Assembly (NCBI GenBank): GCA_003614675.1 | Contig: ML002333.1 | Coordinates: forward strand, 1-40,995 | Direction: 5' to 3' | Length of the DNA: 40,995 bases | Source: Dimargaris cristalligena | Lineage: Eukaryota | Shown here: positions 1 to 10,009 of the stretch, one piece after another | How the letters are laid out: each line of letters starts with the position of its first letter | Numbering within the stretch: position 1 is the stretch's first letter | Notes under the pieces: model-generated | Databases searched by the model: none | Told to the model about the DNA's origin: nothing | The model's input: only the letters and a program-made list of their open reading frames with translations | Made by a program: the position numbers and the translations under genes

Positions 1-512
1 ATCATCATTCTTCCCCTGCCCCTGGAGTTTGGATATAACCCTAACCATTCCCCCACAGCTTGCTCTTTAGCTTACAACTTCTCTTTTGTTTTGCCTTTCT
101 GGTATCTAGTCTAATAAACCTATTTCCATCCTTTGAAGTCCTGACCATCTTATGGTACCTGGTCTTATTTCTAGCCTGTCATAACACCCCAGGACCTCCC
201 TCTGGAGTTGTCCCTGCATATATATAACCATGCCCCATTAGGACTAGTTTGACTCTTCAGCTTATTCTTACCTTCTGGTTTACCCTAATAATCCTTATAT
301 ATACTCACTCTCCTTATATCTGACTAGTAAGTGTACTTACTGCATATCCCTTACCTGTACCTGCATTTGTAGCCTTTATTTGTTAATGCCATACCCCTAC
401 CTAATGCTAGTAACCCACTTGGATGTGTCTGAGCCCTGTTTACCATTAGAAGCCTATCCTCAGGACTCTTAATAGACTAAGAGTGGTTAACCCAGGTGAT
501 AAGAAAAAAACT
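1..512. mobile_element. Probable degenerate repeat/transposon relic (CpG-depleted), extends off the left edge
   Basis: No CG dinucleotide in the first 512 nt (first at 513) despite more than ten GC dinucleotides. No ORF of 60 aa or more. The minus strand shows a purine-rich run followed by TGTTATGACA at 186, resembling a PPT/LTR junction. Confidence 0.4.
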
Positions 513-2019
513 CGGCTTTTATAGGGTACTAATACAGCATATTCAATTCCTAGTCAGGATTTGGCAGCAATATGATACCCATAGACAGGTGTACACCAAT
601 CAGTTGGACAGCGACTATTGCCCAGAGGATGTTTGGGCAACCAGGAGCAATTGATAAAGCCTAGTATTAAAAATCTAATATCAATCCAATATGTGTGTGC
701 ACCTGGCAATACAATTTGAAAAGTGGGTATATAATCGTAGCTTTACCGGGGCGGCTGGAGTAATGGCCGGGTTGTCCCCGGCATCTGGATTGGTCCCTCT
801 CGGGGGCTTGATTGAGGGATAATCAATCTCAGCCACCAAAGTCCGAACACAAAGGCCGAGAGACAGTTCGTTAACTCCTAAAATTCGAGAGCACTCTGCG
901 GAATTTGAATGAATTGGGCGTGATCTATGATCGGCCCAGTGGGGACACATTTATATAAAATTGATGCGCCATTGGCCAACGTACAACTATCGCCTCCCTC
1001 CCCCAAAAAAATTAGGCTTTGTGCGGTCTTCAGTAAGTCCACCATCGGTGAGGTTAGCAGGTTCTGAAGATATAGATGTTGTAGTGGCAGCCAGGCCGGG
1101 TGCGGGATGGAGCTTAGACGTACTTGGGCTGGGTGGAATGGATGAAGAGTCATTGCCGGGCATAGAGGTAGAAATTGGTTCGAAAAATAAAAGAGCCGGT
1201 ATAGCCTAATAAAGTGAGAATTTAAACAATACGAGATAAACCGAACGGATATTTGAGTACTTCAATACAGGCCAAGGGTAAGAAATTCGAATGCTCTGGA
1301 ATTATCGGGTCTAGCTCTAGCCAAGCCCATTTGTACAAAAGGTGCCCTAAAATCGCGTATGTATAGCAAGTAAGTTGGCCTAATAACACGGCAATGTAAC
1401 TGTCTATTACTGGGGGGTTCGAGTGAAGGGAAGCGAACATATTGTTAAGGAGGTTGATTTTTTTATTACTCAATATATAAATAGAGGTGGATCCATAATA
1501 ATACCTGATAGATTAGTTAAACCCGTTGACATTTGCAATTGTCAAGCTGATGGTAGATAAAAATAACTTATTATTTCTGTCAGATAATATAAGGAATACG
1601 GGAGAGATTCAACCAGGCTGCATAATGAAAAATCCGTTGGATAGGAAAAATGACACCGGTTGCAAATAAATCACCCGCCTATGATCCCGTACATATTATC
1701 CGAAACCTTATACAATTGTGCTGAATATTCCCCATATACTGGGATTGTTACTATATACTCGATTAGCTATCGATGAGTTGAAAACCCTATATGACAATCT
1801 TAAATATAGTTGTGGCCATTTTCACTCAACCGGCTAATCGTACAATCAGCAGGACAGTAGTGCATCTTGGAAAAAATATTTTAATGGCGATATACGTTTA
1901 CTGCATGTCTAAAAAATTATCGAGAAACTATAAAGGGGAGATTCAGGCCAAGTTGGGACGGGGAAGAGGGTAAATTTTACAATATAAAAAATGAATAATA
2001 GACAGTAGCCAAGAGCGCG

Positions 2020-5000
2020 TTAATTACGAGCAATAGCTTGTTCCATCAAAATCTGTATTCTCCGGACCCGCTCCGAGTCGCCATAGGCCCCGTACGCTCG
2101 AATGAGAGATACAAAAGGCCGTTGGTCAATGCTAAGGATAAAAGTCCGGGACAAGTGCAGCGGGCTGTCCCGGGGGGCGACTTCTGGTATGTAGATATTT
2201 TGGAGTAAGTGGCACAGTAGCGCCAGGGCCACGGAACGAAATGGGTCGGGGTCCAGGTCTGGACGTAGGAGAACAAAAGGTCGCGCTGGGTGCAAGAGGT
2301 CCGAAGTAAGTGGCGGTAGGGGTGAGCCGGTTTGGAATTGTGTCGAAAATTGCTCCGAAGTCGGCTGAATCACTTCAGCAGATACTTCATCATCGGTAAT
2401 TTCCGTGGATTGATCGGGTGGGGCGGCCGCTGAAGTTTGCCGAATCAACTGATCAATGGTCCGGGAAACGGGTGATACCGCGCCCATTTGATAGGCCTGG
2501 GGGTTAAGGGGGTCCGGACCCGTGGATGAAATGGCGGCCGGGGCCGAATAAACGGGGGCAATATCCCGGTGGCGGGTCAGATAGTGATCAATGGCCCAGG
2601 TATACATAAAGATGGACATGTAGCGCGAGGGTCGGGGCAGATGGGTGGCCAATGGAGGCACCGTCCCCAAGGCCCGCGGCTCAAACCGGTTAAGTGCGGC
2701 CACGTGGGCCAAGTTGGAAATCGGGGGAGTTTCATCGTTCGGGGAATTATCCCGTTCCCATCGACTCACAAAGGTGGCATACTCCTGCCGCCGTCGCTCA
2801 AGCTCCGACGAGGATCGGCGCACCCCCGAGCGAGGTGCTGCAGGACCACCGATATCGCCGGATGCGGCTGGGCTGGCGACACCTTCTGTAAGGTAGGGAT
2901 CAGTGCAGTTGGAGGGAGGAAGTGAAGGCAGGTCCACGTTGCCTTGGCCCATACACGCGGTAAAAGCCGGCCATGTCCAGGGGGTATCCATCACTCGGTG
3001 GGTGGCTAACCAGGTCTCGTCATGTCCAGGGAATACGAGTAAGCAGCCGGGGGGAGATGCGCCCGATGGGATTCCTTTGGGATTGAGACCCCGTAGGTCC
3101 ACCTCGGCAACCTGGGATAGGGGCGACCAACCTTCATACCACACTGCTAGATCGAGGAGTCTGCGAAGCGACACGTACCGATTCTGGTGTGCATAATACA
3201 TCAAAAAGCTGTTCACTTGGAAGGCCTCGACTATACTATTGGGTTCGTTGAAGTCATCCGTCAAGTATAGTGCACTAGACTCAGAGTCCCGGTCCAATGA
3301 AGAGGAATCAGTGGGTACGTTTGGTTTCGAAGCCTGTGAGCTGTGGGTAACGTACGCCTGATTAAACGCCTGCCAGCTAGTCCAGGCCCGCCCTAAGTCC
3401 CCCTGCATAATAAAGTGGCGGAAGAATACGGAAAAGAGCGCGGGCGGGTACCGGGTATAGCCAGCAGCCCGGATTTGTTGAAGAAGATCCCGGAGACGCT
3501 GGGCATTGCCGGATTCCTGGTACAGCTTAGCCAGTAGAGTATAGGTTTGGTCATTCGGGGTAATGGAAGTGTCGGCGATGTTGGCTGGCTGAGTTTCGGC
3601 CGGAAAATCGTCAGTCTGCGAAGCGAAGCGTACCCACCGACGGACCAGGTTCTCGGCCAGATCATACCGTTCCAAGTGAATAAACGCCCGAAGGATCCGG
3701 TTGAAAATCGGGGTGGTTAACACTTCCGACAACCGGACTTGGGCCTGGTCATAAGGCGATGAGGTATACATAGAATAATACGGGGCCGGGGCCGCTTGGC
3801 GGCGGGGCTCCGCTTCGTCCTCCTTTACTTCTCGCTGAAACATTTGGATTGAACTAATGTCTTGGATGATCTGCTGCATTTTATCGTAGACCACTTGTCC
3901 TTCCGCAAACTGGGCTACGGCCTTTAGAAGCTGACGGAACGTCAAACCCTGGGGGACGATTTCGGCCTCCCGCATATCCTCGTAATAGTTGAAGGCCGCC
4001 TCGGGGTCGTTGCTCTGCAGCGCAAAATCGATCATAATGGTATAGATGTACCGGCTGACGGGTATATCGCGGGCCCTTAGTTCTTGGAAGGTCCAATTGA
4101 TGCCCGCCCGATCTTCCACTGCAGTATACCCGCGAAGGAGAATAGTCAGGTGGCGTTCCGTCGGGGTTAGTCGGGCTTGGATCAAACGTTCGTATAGGAT
4201 TCGGCATTCGGACATGCGCCGCTCGATGGCCAGGGCTTTCATGACCTGCTCGAGATCAGTGGCCCGGGGCCCTAGCTCGCCTCGGCAACCGGGTTCGGCA
4301 ACGTCGGTACTAGGTGGGATTTGGGCGATCAGTACCTGGTGGGTGAATATGACCAAAGTCGTCAAGGCATCGGGGTTCTGATTGAGGGGCCATAGGAAAA
4401 AGTCCTTAATACAGTTGTAGACGTTGCGGGGGATCGGGCCCGACGGAATGCGGGCCAGGGGAGGCTGCAGTACGCGTAAATAAGGTGCGCTTAACTTGCG
4501 TAGGGCCCGCATATTGGCCGGCGAAATGGCGATCTGGGGTAGTTTAAACTGGCGGGGAATGGAGCAGTAAAAGCTGTAGCCAACCGCTAAATAGGCCGGC
4601 AGATAGACCTCCCAGGGAACGGGGTGCCGGGAAGCGTAGTCTAAAAAGCCCATTAGGGCTGTTAGGTCGGTTGGGGCCAAAGGGTGCACTGGCGGATGTG
4701 ACCGGTCATCGTAGAATACGGCACCTAAGTTGAGCAAATTGAGATTAGGTCCCAATTGGTGGGCAAGCATGACGGACAATAATCGACCAGGATTATCGTA
4801 AATATTGGCCCAAACACGGAACACTGTGTGATGCACAAGAGGGGCCAGGTTAGCATGGGCCAGTAGGTCACGGACCAGAGTAGTTGCTAGGTGGGGGTAA
4901 GAGGGGGGCTGGAGGTCACCCGGCAAAGACAAAGGTGAAGGTATTGAAGATTTCAGTCCCACCACGGTGGTTGGTCGATCACGCCTAGAGAGACGCTGGT

Positions 5001-7731
5001 CAAGCCCACTCAAAATGGTGGGGCCCAGGAGCTGAAGGGTTTTGTAAATAGCCACAGTCTGTTCACCCTGAAGGCTGGCAATGCGAAAGAGGTCGGCTAA
5101 CACTGACATGATTCGTTCGGCAGTGAGCTCGTTCGGATAATGCAACGCGGCGACCAGTAAGACTTGGTACACTGTCCAATATTTGTTCGGGAACCGCGGC
5201 ATGGGCTGATCCGGCTGGTCTGCAGTAACGGGAGAGGGGTCGACGGCACTAGACGGAGAGGTCGGTTGGGATAAAGGGGGTTGGGTCTCGGGCCTAGCCG
5301 AGGGGTTGGGACAGAACCGGTCCAGCCAAGCCTGAAGGCGAGGGTAGGTTAGCCACAGGGAAGTCCAAGCGCCTGAGTAGGCGAAAGCCACGATATGATC
5401 CACCAAGCGCTCGTAATGGGCCTGTGGGGTCAAGACCAGGTCGTCGAATTCGGGGTACGCAGAAGGAACCAGTTCACCAACTGGGAGGAAGGGACGGGTG
5501 CTCAAACGGGGGTCTGTGTGCAGTAGTTTATCCCGAATCAACGCCGCATGACTAGCAAAAATACCATTATATTTCAACGAGGCTGGGCTAAGAGTGGCCG
5601 TCGAATCCAAGCAGCACGGCTGCTGGTAGCGATCGGCTAGTTTCAGTATGAGGTGACTCAAAGCCGGAATATGATCAGCCGGTAACCAATCGACGCGCTG
5701 ACTGTTCTTTAGGTGCAGGTGCAAAATTTGATGGGCCAGGTCCAGAGGAAATTTGAACTGCTTCCAGTCAACCTGAATGGGGTGGGTTTGCATTTGTTGG
5801 ATTAGGGCCAGCGTTGCGACAGGGTCTCGTATAACGCCCAGGGCCAGAAGAAGGCGCACCCACTTGCGTGACCGGACCGACTGCGATAGGTTGGGTAGCG
5901 TCTCACCAGAAACCGGGAGCGCGGAATGGGGCTTGGATACGGGTATCTCGCCTGCCCCACTGGGCTGTAGCATGCTAAGTTGGTTCCGCAGCGTTTCAAA
6001 GCGCTCTTCGGTCCGCAGAGGAGCCTCCATGAGATCCAGAATCCGGCCCCAATAGCCTCGTTCGAGCCCACCTCCGAATCTTTGCCGGATATCCTCGCAT
6101 ACCCAAGGTATTTGGTAGGCCTGTGAAGAGGCCACCTGGTTTAGTAGGAGGTCGGCCAGTTGCTCGGGGCTGGGCTGAAACGAAAAAAGGGTGGCTATAT
6201 GACTAAACTCGTTTAGTAGCGCTAAAGCTGGGAAGCGAGTATGCTGGTATACACTCGCAAGTAATGGTCCCAGGGCCAACGACTGGTCTGCCACGACAGA
6301 GGATTGGAGCTGGAGATACACCTGAAGGGCAGTCATAGCTTCGCTTGGGGCCGATGCAATCGTTGGGGAGTGGTCGGTCGGCCCAGACAATGAAGCCGTT
6401 TCTAAGATCCACGATAAGTACGTACGATGGCTCTCCCGAACATCATCGGCACCACGGGCATAATGTCGCTGCCAAAGGGTCTGGGCCTGGGTAGCGAGAC
6501 CTTGGTCTAATAGAGTATCAATCATCAAAACGAAATTACGAATGGAAGGGACCGCCGAAGGAGTGGCATTGGATAAGTAGGGGTCGGCCAACAACGGCAC
6601 ATCATTGAATCGGCCCAGCTCGGAGGTTTTCCAGTGAGACCAGACCTCCCACCAGCGGGCCATCATATTTGGAAACGTAGTAGGGTCCGTCGATTGGAGT
6701 TGGTAAGGCACCAGCCAGCGAGTCAGGGCCAATGCCAACACATCCGAGTGTGCCAACGCGGCGTAAACCCAGCCAAACCACTCGTGGCGCTGGGCCTCTG
6801 GAACCCTAGATCGGGTCAAGGTCGCTAGCAGGGCCCTGAGCCATGGCTGAACATTGGGATCGGTCAACAGAGCGTCCACTACCGGTGTTGGGTGGTCGAC
6901 CAGAACTTTAAAGGTATCCCACTGGCTCACCAACGACTGGACTGGGAGTCGGGTAAAGGCGGACTGGGCATGGTCAGTAGCTAATAACTGGCGAACTAAT
7001 CGTAAGATGGGAGTCGATATGGGCCCGGTATAGATACCAGGGGTGGCGCAATGGGCACTCCGTATTAATTTAATCGCCCTAGGATCGAGGGCCGATGATA
7101 CGACATCCAAATCGCTCAAAAACCGACTTAGCGTGTCGGAGAGGGCATGTTGCGTCGGCTGATCGGATGTCGAGGCCCGAGAATTAAATAAGAAGAGGTA
7201 AGATTCGCACCGGGTATCTTTGCGGAGGTAATCCATGATAACACCTTGACGGGCCTCTGAGCTACTGCTTAAGTCGTACAAGCAAGGGTGAGTGAATTGG
7301 CCGGCAGTCGATTGGGACGAATTGGACAGTGGGTGGCCGACTAAAACGTCGGGCCGAGGATTGGTATCGATAACCGCATGGACATGGCAGATGGGTTGGT
7401 TCGATGAAGCACGACGAGTCGCTAGTATTGAATCGGCAGATGTCGCGGTCGTCAGTTGACCATTAGTTGCTAAATAGAAAGTTGTATAATATACACATGG
7501 AGGAGCCTGCTTGTCAGCTAAAGGTGGTGGTGTTGCCGTAGGGGGGACAGAATAGGACCGTGTCCCTGAGCTGGAGTAGCTATGCGATCGAGCTGGGTTG
7601 GAGTTAAGCGGCCGGTACCGGTATCTAATAAAGTGGGTCGGGCAGTGGGATCTCGGCTGCCGGGGAATGGGGATACTGCTGAGTTGACGACCGGCAGGAA
7701 TATGCGGGAATTGAACACGCCGGCCGGCCAT
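2020..7731 (-). CDS. Large pentatricopeptide-repeat (PPR) protein, 1903 aa, probably mitochondrial, single exon
   Basis: First ATG is at 7731; 7770 is TTG and an in-frame TAG lies at 7786-7788. The N-terminus is Arg/Ser-rich and acid-free with RSYS. Tandem ~35-aa PPR motifs at ~4254-3910 (LTPTERHLTILLRGY, VSRYIYTIMIDF, PQGLTFRQLLKA), plus IFNRILRAF, PNDQTYTLLAKLY and C-terminal FVSLIRAYGAYGD. Confidence 0.85.
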   Translation of the reverse strand: MAGRRVQFPHIPAGRQLSSIPIPRQPRSHCPTHFIRYRYRPLNSNPARSHSYSSSGTRSYSVPPTATPPPLADKQAPPCVYYTTFYLATNGQLTTATSADSILATRRASSNQPICHVHAVIDTNPRPDVLVGHPLSNSSQSTAGQFTHPCLYDLSSSSEARQGVIMDYLRKDTRCESYLFLFNSRASTSDQPTQHALSDTLSRFLSDLDVVSSALDPRAIKLIRSAHCATPGIYTGPISTPILRLVRQLLATDHAQSAFTRLPVQSLVSQWDTFKVLVDHPTPVVDALLTDPNVQPWLRALLATLTRSRVPEAQRHEWFGWVYAALAHSDVLALALTRWLVPYQLQSTDPTTFPNMMARWWEVWSHWKTSELGRFNDVPLLADPYLSNATPSAVPSIRNFVLMIDTLLDQGLATQAQTLWQRHYARGADDVRESHRTYLSWILETASLSGPTDHSPTIASAPSEAMTALQVYLQLQSSVVADQSLALGPLLASVYQHTRFPALALLNEFSHIATLFSFQPSPEQLADLLLNQVASSQAYQIPWVCEDIRQRFGGGLERGYWGRILDLMEAPLRTEERFETLRNQLSMLQPSGAGEIPVSKPHSALPVSGETLPNLSQSVRSRKWVRLLLALGVIRDPVATLALIQQMQTHPIQVDWKQFKFPLDLAHQILHLHLKNSQRVDWLPADHIPALSHLILKLADRYQQPCCLDSTATLSPASLKYNGIFASHAALIRDKLLHTDPRLSTRPFLPVGELVPSAYPEFDDLVLTPQAHYERLVDHIVAFAYSGAWTSLWLTYPRLQAWLDRFCPNPSARPETQPPLSQPTSPSSAVDPSPVTADQPDQPMPRFPNKYWTVYQVLLVAALHYPNELTAERIMSVLADLFRIASLQGEQTVAIYKTLQLLGPTILSGLDQRLSRRDRPTTVVGLKSSIPSPLSLPGDLQPPSYPHLATTLVRDLLAHANLAPLVHHTVFRVWANIYDNPGRLLSVMLAHQLGPNLNLLNLGAVFYDDRSHPPVHPLAPTDLTALMGFLDYASRHPVPWEVYLPAYLAVGYSFYCSIPRQFKLPQIAISPANMRALRKLSAPYLRVLQPPLARIPSGPIPRNVYNCIKDFFLWPLNQNPDALTTLVIFTHQVLIAQIPPSTDVAEPGCRGELGPRATDLEQVMKALAIERRMSECRILYERLIQARLTPTERHLTILLRGYTAVEDRAGINWTFQELRARDIPVSRYIYTIMIDFALQSNDPEAAFNYYEDMREAEIVPQGLTFRQLLKAVAQFAEGQVVYDKMQQIIQDISSIQMFQREVKEDEAEPRRQAAPAPYYSMYTSSPYDQAQVRLSEVLTTPIFNRILRAFIHLERYDLAENLVRRWVRFASQTDDFPAETQPANIADTSITPNDQTYTLLAKLYQESGNAQRLRDLLQQIRAAGYTRYPPALFSVFFRHFIMQGDLGRAWTSWQAFNQAYVTHSSQASKPNVPTDSSSLDRDSESSALYLTDDFNEPNSIVEAFQVNSFLMYYAHQNRYVSLRRLLDLAVWYEGWSPLSQVAEVDLRGLNPKGIPSGASPPGCLLVFPGHDETWLATHRVMDTPWTWPAFTACMGQGNVDLPSLPPSNCTDPYLTEGVASPAASGDIGGPAAPRSGVRRSSSELERRRQEYATFVSRWERDNSPNDETPPISNLAHVAALNRFEPRALGTVPPLATHLPRPSRYMSIFMYTWAIDHYLTRHRDIAPVYSAPAAISSTGPDPLNPQAYQMGAVSPVSRTIDQLIRQTSAAAPPDQSTEITDDEVSAEVIQPTSEQFSTQFQTGSPLPPLTSDLLHPARPFVLLRPDLDPDPFRSVALALLCHLLQNIYIPEVAPRDSPLHLSRTFILSIDQRPFVSLIRAYGAYGDSERVRRIQILMEQAIARN

Positions 7732-8485
7732 GTCAGGGGATATAGGGCTCTGAACACCTCGAGCGGACAAATACCAATGGCTCGACTATTGAAGTGAAAG
7801 GGAATTCCGATCTAAGTAAGTCGAATGCACAGCCGGTCGTGAAGAGACGGTAAAGGGGAATATTTATGAGCGAGAGGATACTAAAGCTGAATCAGAAAGA
7901 AAGTGTCTGGAATCTGACGCAAATTGGAATAACTTAACGGCACCCCGGGTGAAGAGCCACAATAAAGGTGAAATGAACAGCGATGTGGCTCCCTAATTTA
8001 CAATGGTGAAAGGTATATAGATAAAGGAGGTACCTGCCAAAATAAGAACCAGAGTAAAAGCTCAGCTAACTTTACCCAATGCAAATTCACAGCAGTACAA
8101 CAACAATTTTAAGTCTGAGCGTGGTTTAACTGTATCAAGTTTGTAGCGTTGGTCCCCAATGAAAGTCACCAGTACACTGCCGGTTATGAAAGGTGCCAGG
8201 CTGGAAGTGCCTCTTAATCAGCCCCGTATAGCTGGCCTCCTCGCTTAGGCTAATGCGTATGATATGCTTTTTTAGCTAGGACATAGCTATCAGATGTAAT
8301 TCAGTAGTCTATTTACGAAGTATAGATGAACTCTACTACTTCTAACACATACGGTTCACCGAGTGATACTGGCAAAACCCGAGGCCAGAATCTATAAACC
8401 TTGGGGTGAGATTCAATGATGAATGCAGCAGCTTACTGATGATGCAAAATGGCTTTCGGATTCGCAAATAGCCAACCCAAATTGC

Positions 8486-8510
8486 TGATTTGATTTGATT
8501 TGATTTGATT
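8486..8510 (+). repeat. (TGATT)5 microsatellite
   Basis: Five perfect TGATT units read directly from the sequence. Confidence 0.95.
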
Positions 8511-9631
8511 AGACCACAATGGCTCTAAGAATGGCTAGCCAGCCGTGTGGTTGGCGATAGCTTATACAATAGTACCGCCCGTCTCAGTTGTATGAGACAT
8601 GCGATAGATAGTATATAAAAACTTAATGATTTGAACTGTACAACAAAAGAGCTGTCCCACAGGCTATTGAACCTCGACAAAACGTCCTACCCCGAGAAAC
8701 GGGGGTTGGATATTAATATAGATCAACATGTCAATTCTGAGATCTGATTCCAATGGGCAGTAAATGGATATGGGAGAGATTCAATCTGGCAATATAATAA
8801 ATAATGCAATGCTGTTGCTATGCCGCGTATTCCCAAAGCAAAAAACACGATTTGGCTCAACTACACTATACCCATCATCTGGAGCAGTGTATAGTTGCTT
8901 CGAATTCTACCCACGTGGTATTCAATGCATTAAGTGAGCCATCCTGGGAATTCGGGCTCAATTGTTACAGGTGGGTTTAGATAGCTTCTTAATCGCGTGA
9001 TTAGCTTCTTGTAAAGCGATCTTGCTATAACCCGTGCGACTGGCTATTACCAAATTATGGGTAAAATTTGGCCTAGCTGAATAAAGGGTTGAAATGTTAT
9101 ATGTATAGGAAAAAAGGCAGGTGATTCCTTTTTATGCAGTGATATTTGCCTCATCCAACATTTTTTCACTATACAATCTGGATGACCCTCTCACATATTG
9201 CTTCTATTTTCATTGGCGCTACTCTGGGCTACAGATCCATTGCTCTCATCTGGCCGGACGTACCCCCATATCAGAGGGACATTATCCAGTTTAATGCAAT
9301 CCTTTTCCCCCAGCAGGCCCCAGCCTGCACTATTTTCTAATGACATCGCCACTTTAATACAAGTTTAAATACAGTAAAAGCAAAGCACCCCTGTTGAAAT
9401 GCATGTGTTAATTGCAATAAGGATCAGGCTAGCCTGGCTATATCGACTATACCGATAATAACGGCAGCGGCAGCTTCATTTAATAATGACAGTAACCAAA
9501 ATCTATAGTGAGAAAGAGAGATCCCATTAGGATGGCCCTTGGGGGCCACCACAGATTGGTGTATATTGAAGAAATTGATAGAGTCCTCCAGTCCATAAAC
9601 CAAAAATTGGACAATAATATGACTTAGTGGC

Positions 9632-10009
9632 CTAATTGGGTTTCACGGTGGCGGCACCACCATTCGGAGTTTTATTTTCAATGCGCTGGATCTCGGCTTG
9701 GATCTTACCCAGTTGCTGGGCTGAAGCTGGCTTCTGCGGCTTCCTGTTGAAACGATCGATTAGGCTACCCGAGTTACCGGGTTTGACTCCAATATTGTTT
9801 TGGGCTTCGGGCGGCTTATTGGTACCTCCGCTTTTCCGGGTTTGGGTCGGCTTACTGGTACTCCCGCTTTTCCGGGCCCGGCGCACTAAATGAACTGGGG
9901 ATACTTGGGAGGGATTGTAGTCCAGGCCACTGGGCAACGGATGGGCGAGAACCAAGGCCAGGGTCGTGGAGGCGATAAGAGCGAGCGTGGCGGGGATAAC
10001 GAAACGCAT
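9632..10009 (-). CDS. Small secreted protein, 125 aa (signal peptide, pro-peptide ending LVRR, cationic mature part with a 12-aa duplication)
   Basis: ATG with ACC context. MRFVIPATLALIASTTLALVLA/HP is a typical signal peptide. Dibasic RR at residues 43-44. RKSGSTSKP and RKSGGTNKP repeat. Pyrimidine-rich 5' leader. Confidence 0.8.
   Translation of the reverse strand: MRFVIPATLALIASTTLALVLAHPLPSGLDYNPSQVSPVHLVRRARKSGSTSKPTQTRKSGGTNKPPEAQNNIGVKPGNSGSLIDRFNRKPQKPASAQQLGKIQAEIQRIENKTPNGGAATVKPN
9812..9876 (-). repeat. Intragenic direct duplication, period 36 nt (29-nt units, 26/29 identical)
   Basis: 9812-9840 cggcttattggtacctccgcttttccggg versus 9848-9876 cggcttactggtactcccgcttttccggg. Confidence 0.9.

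Noticed and set aside
8416..8488. Box C (ATGATGA) ... box D (CTGA) pattern suggesting a C/D snoRNA
   Set aside because: Terminal stem is poorly registered, D' and C' overlap, and I recognise no rRNA-complementary guide. It would need snoscan or Infernal.
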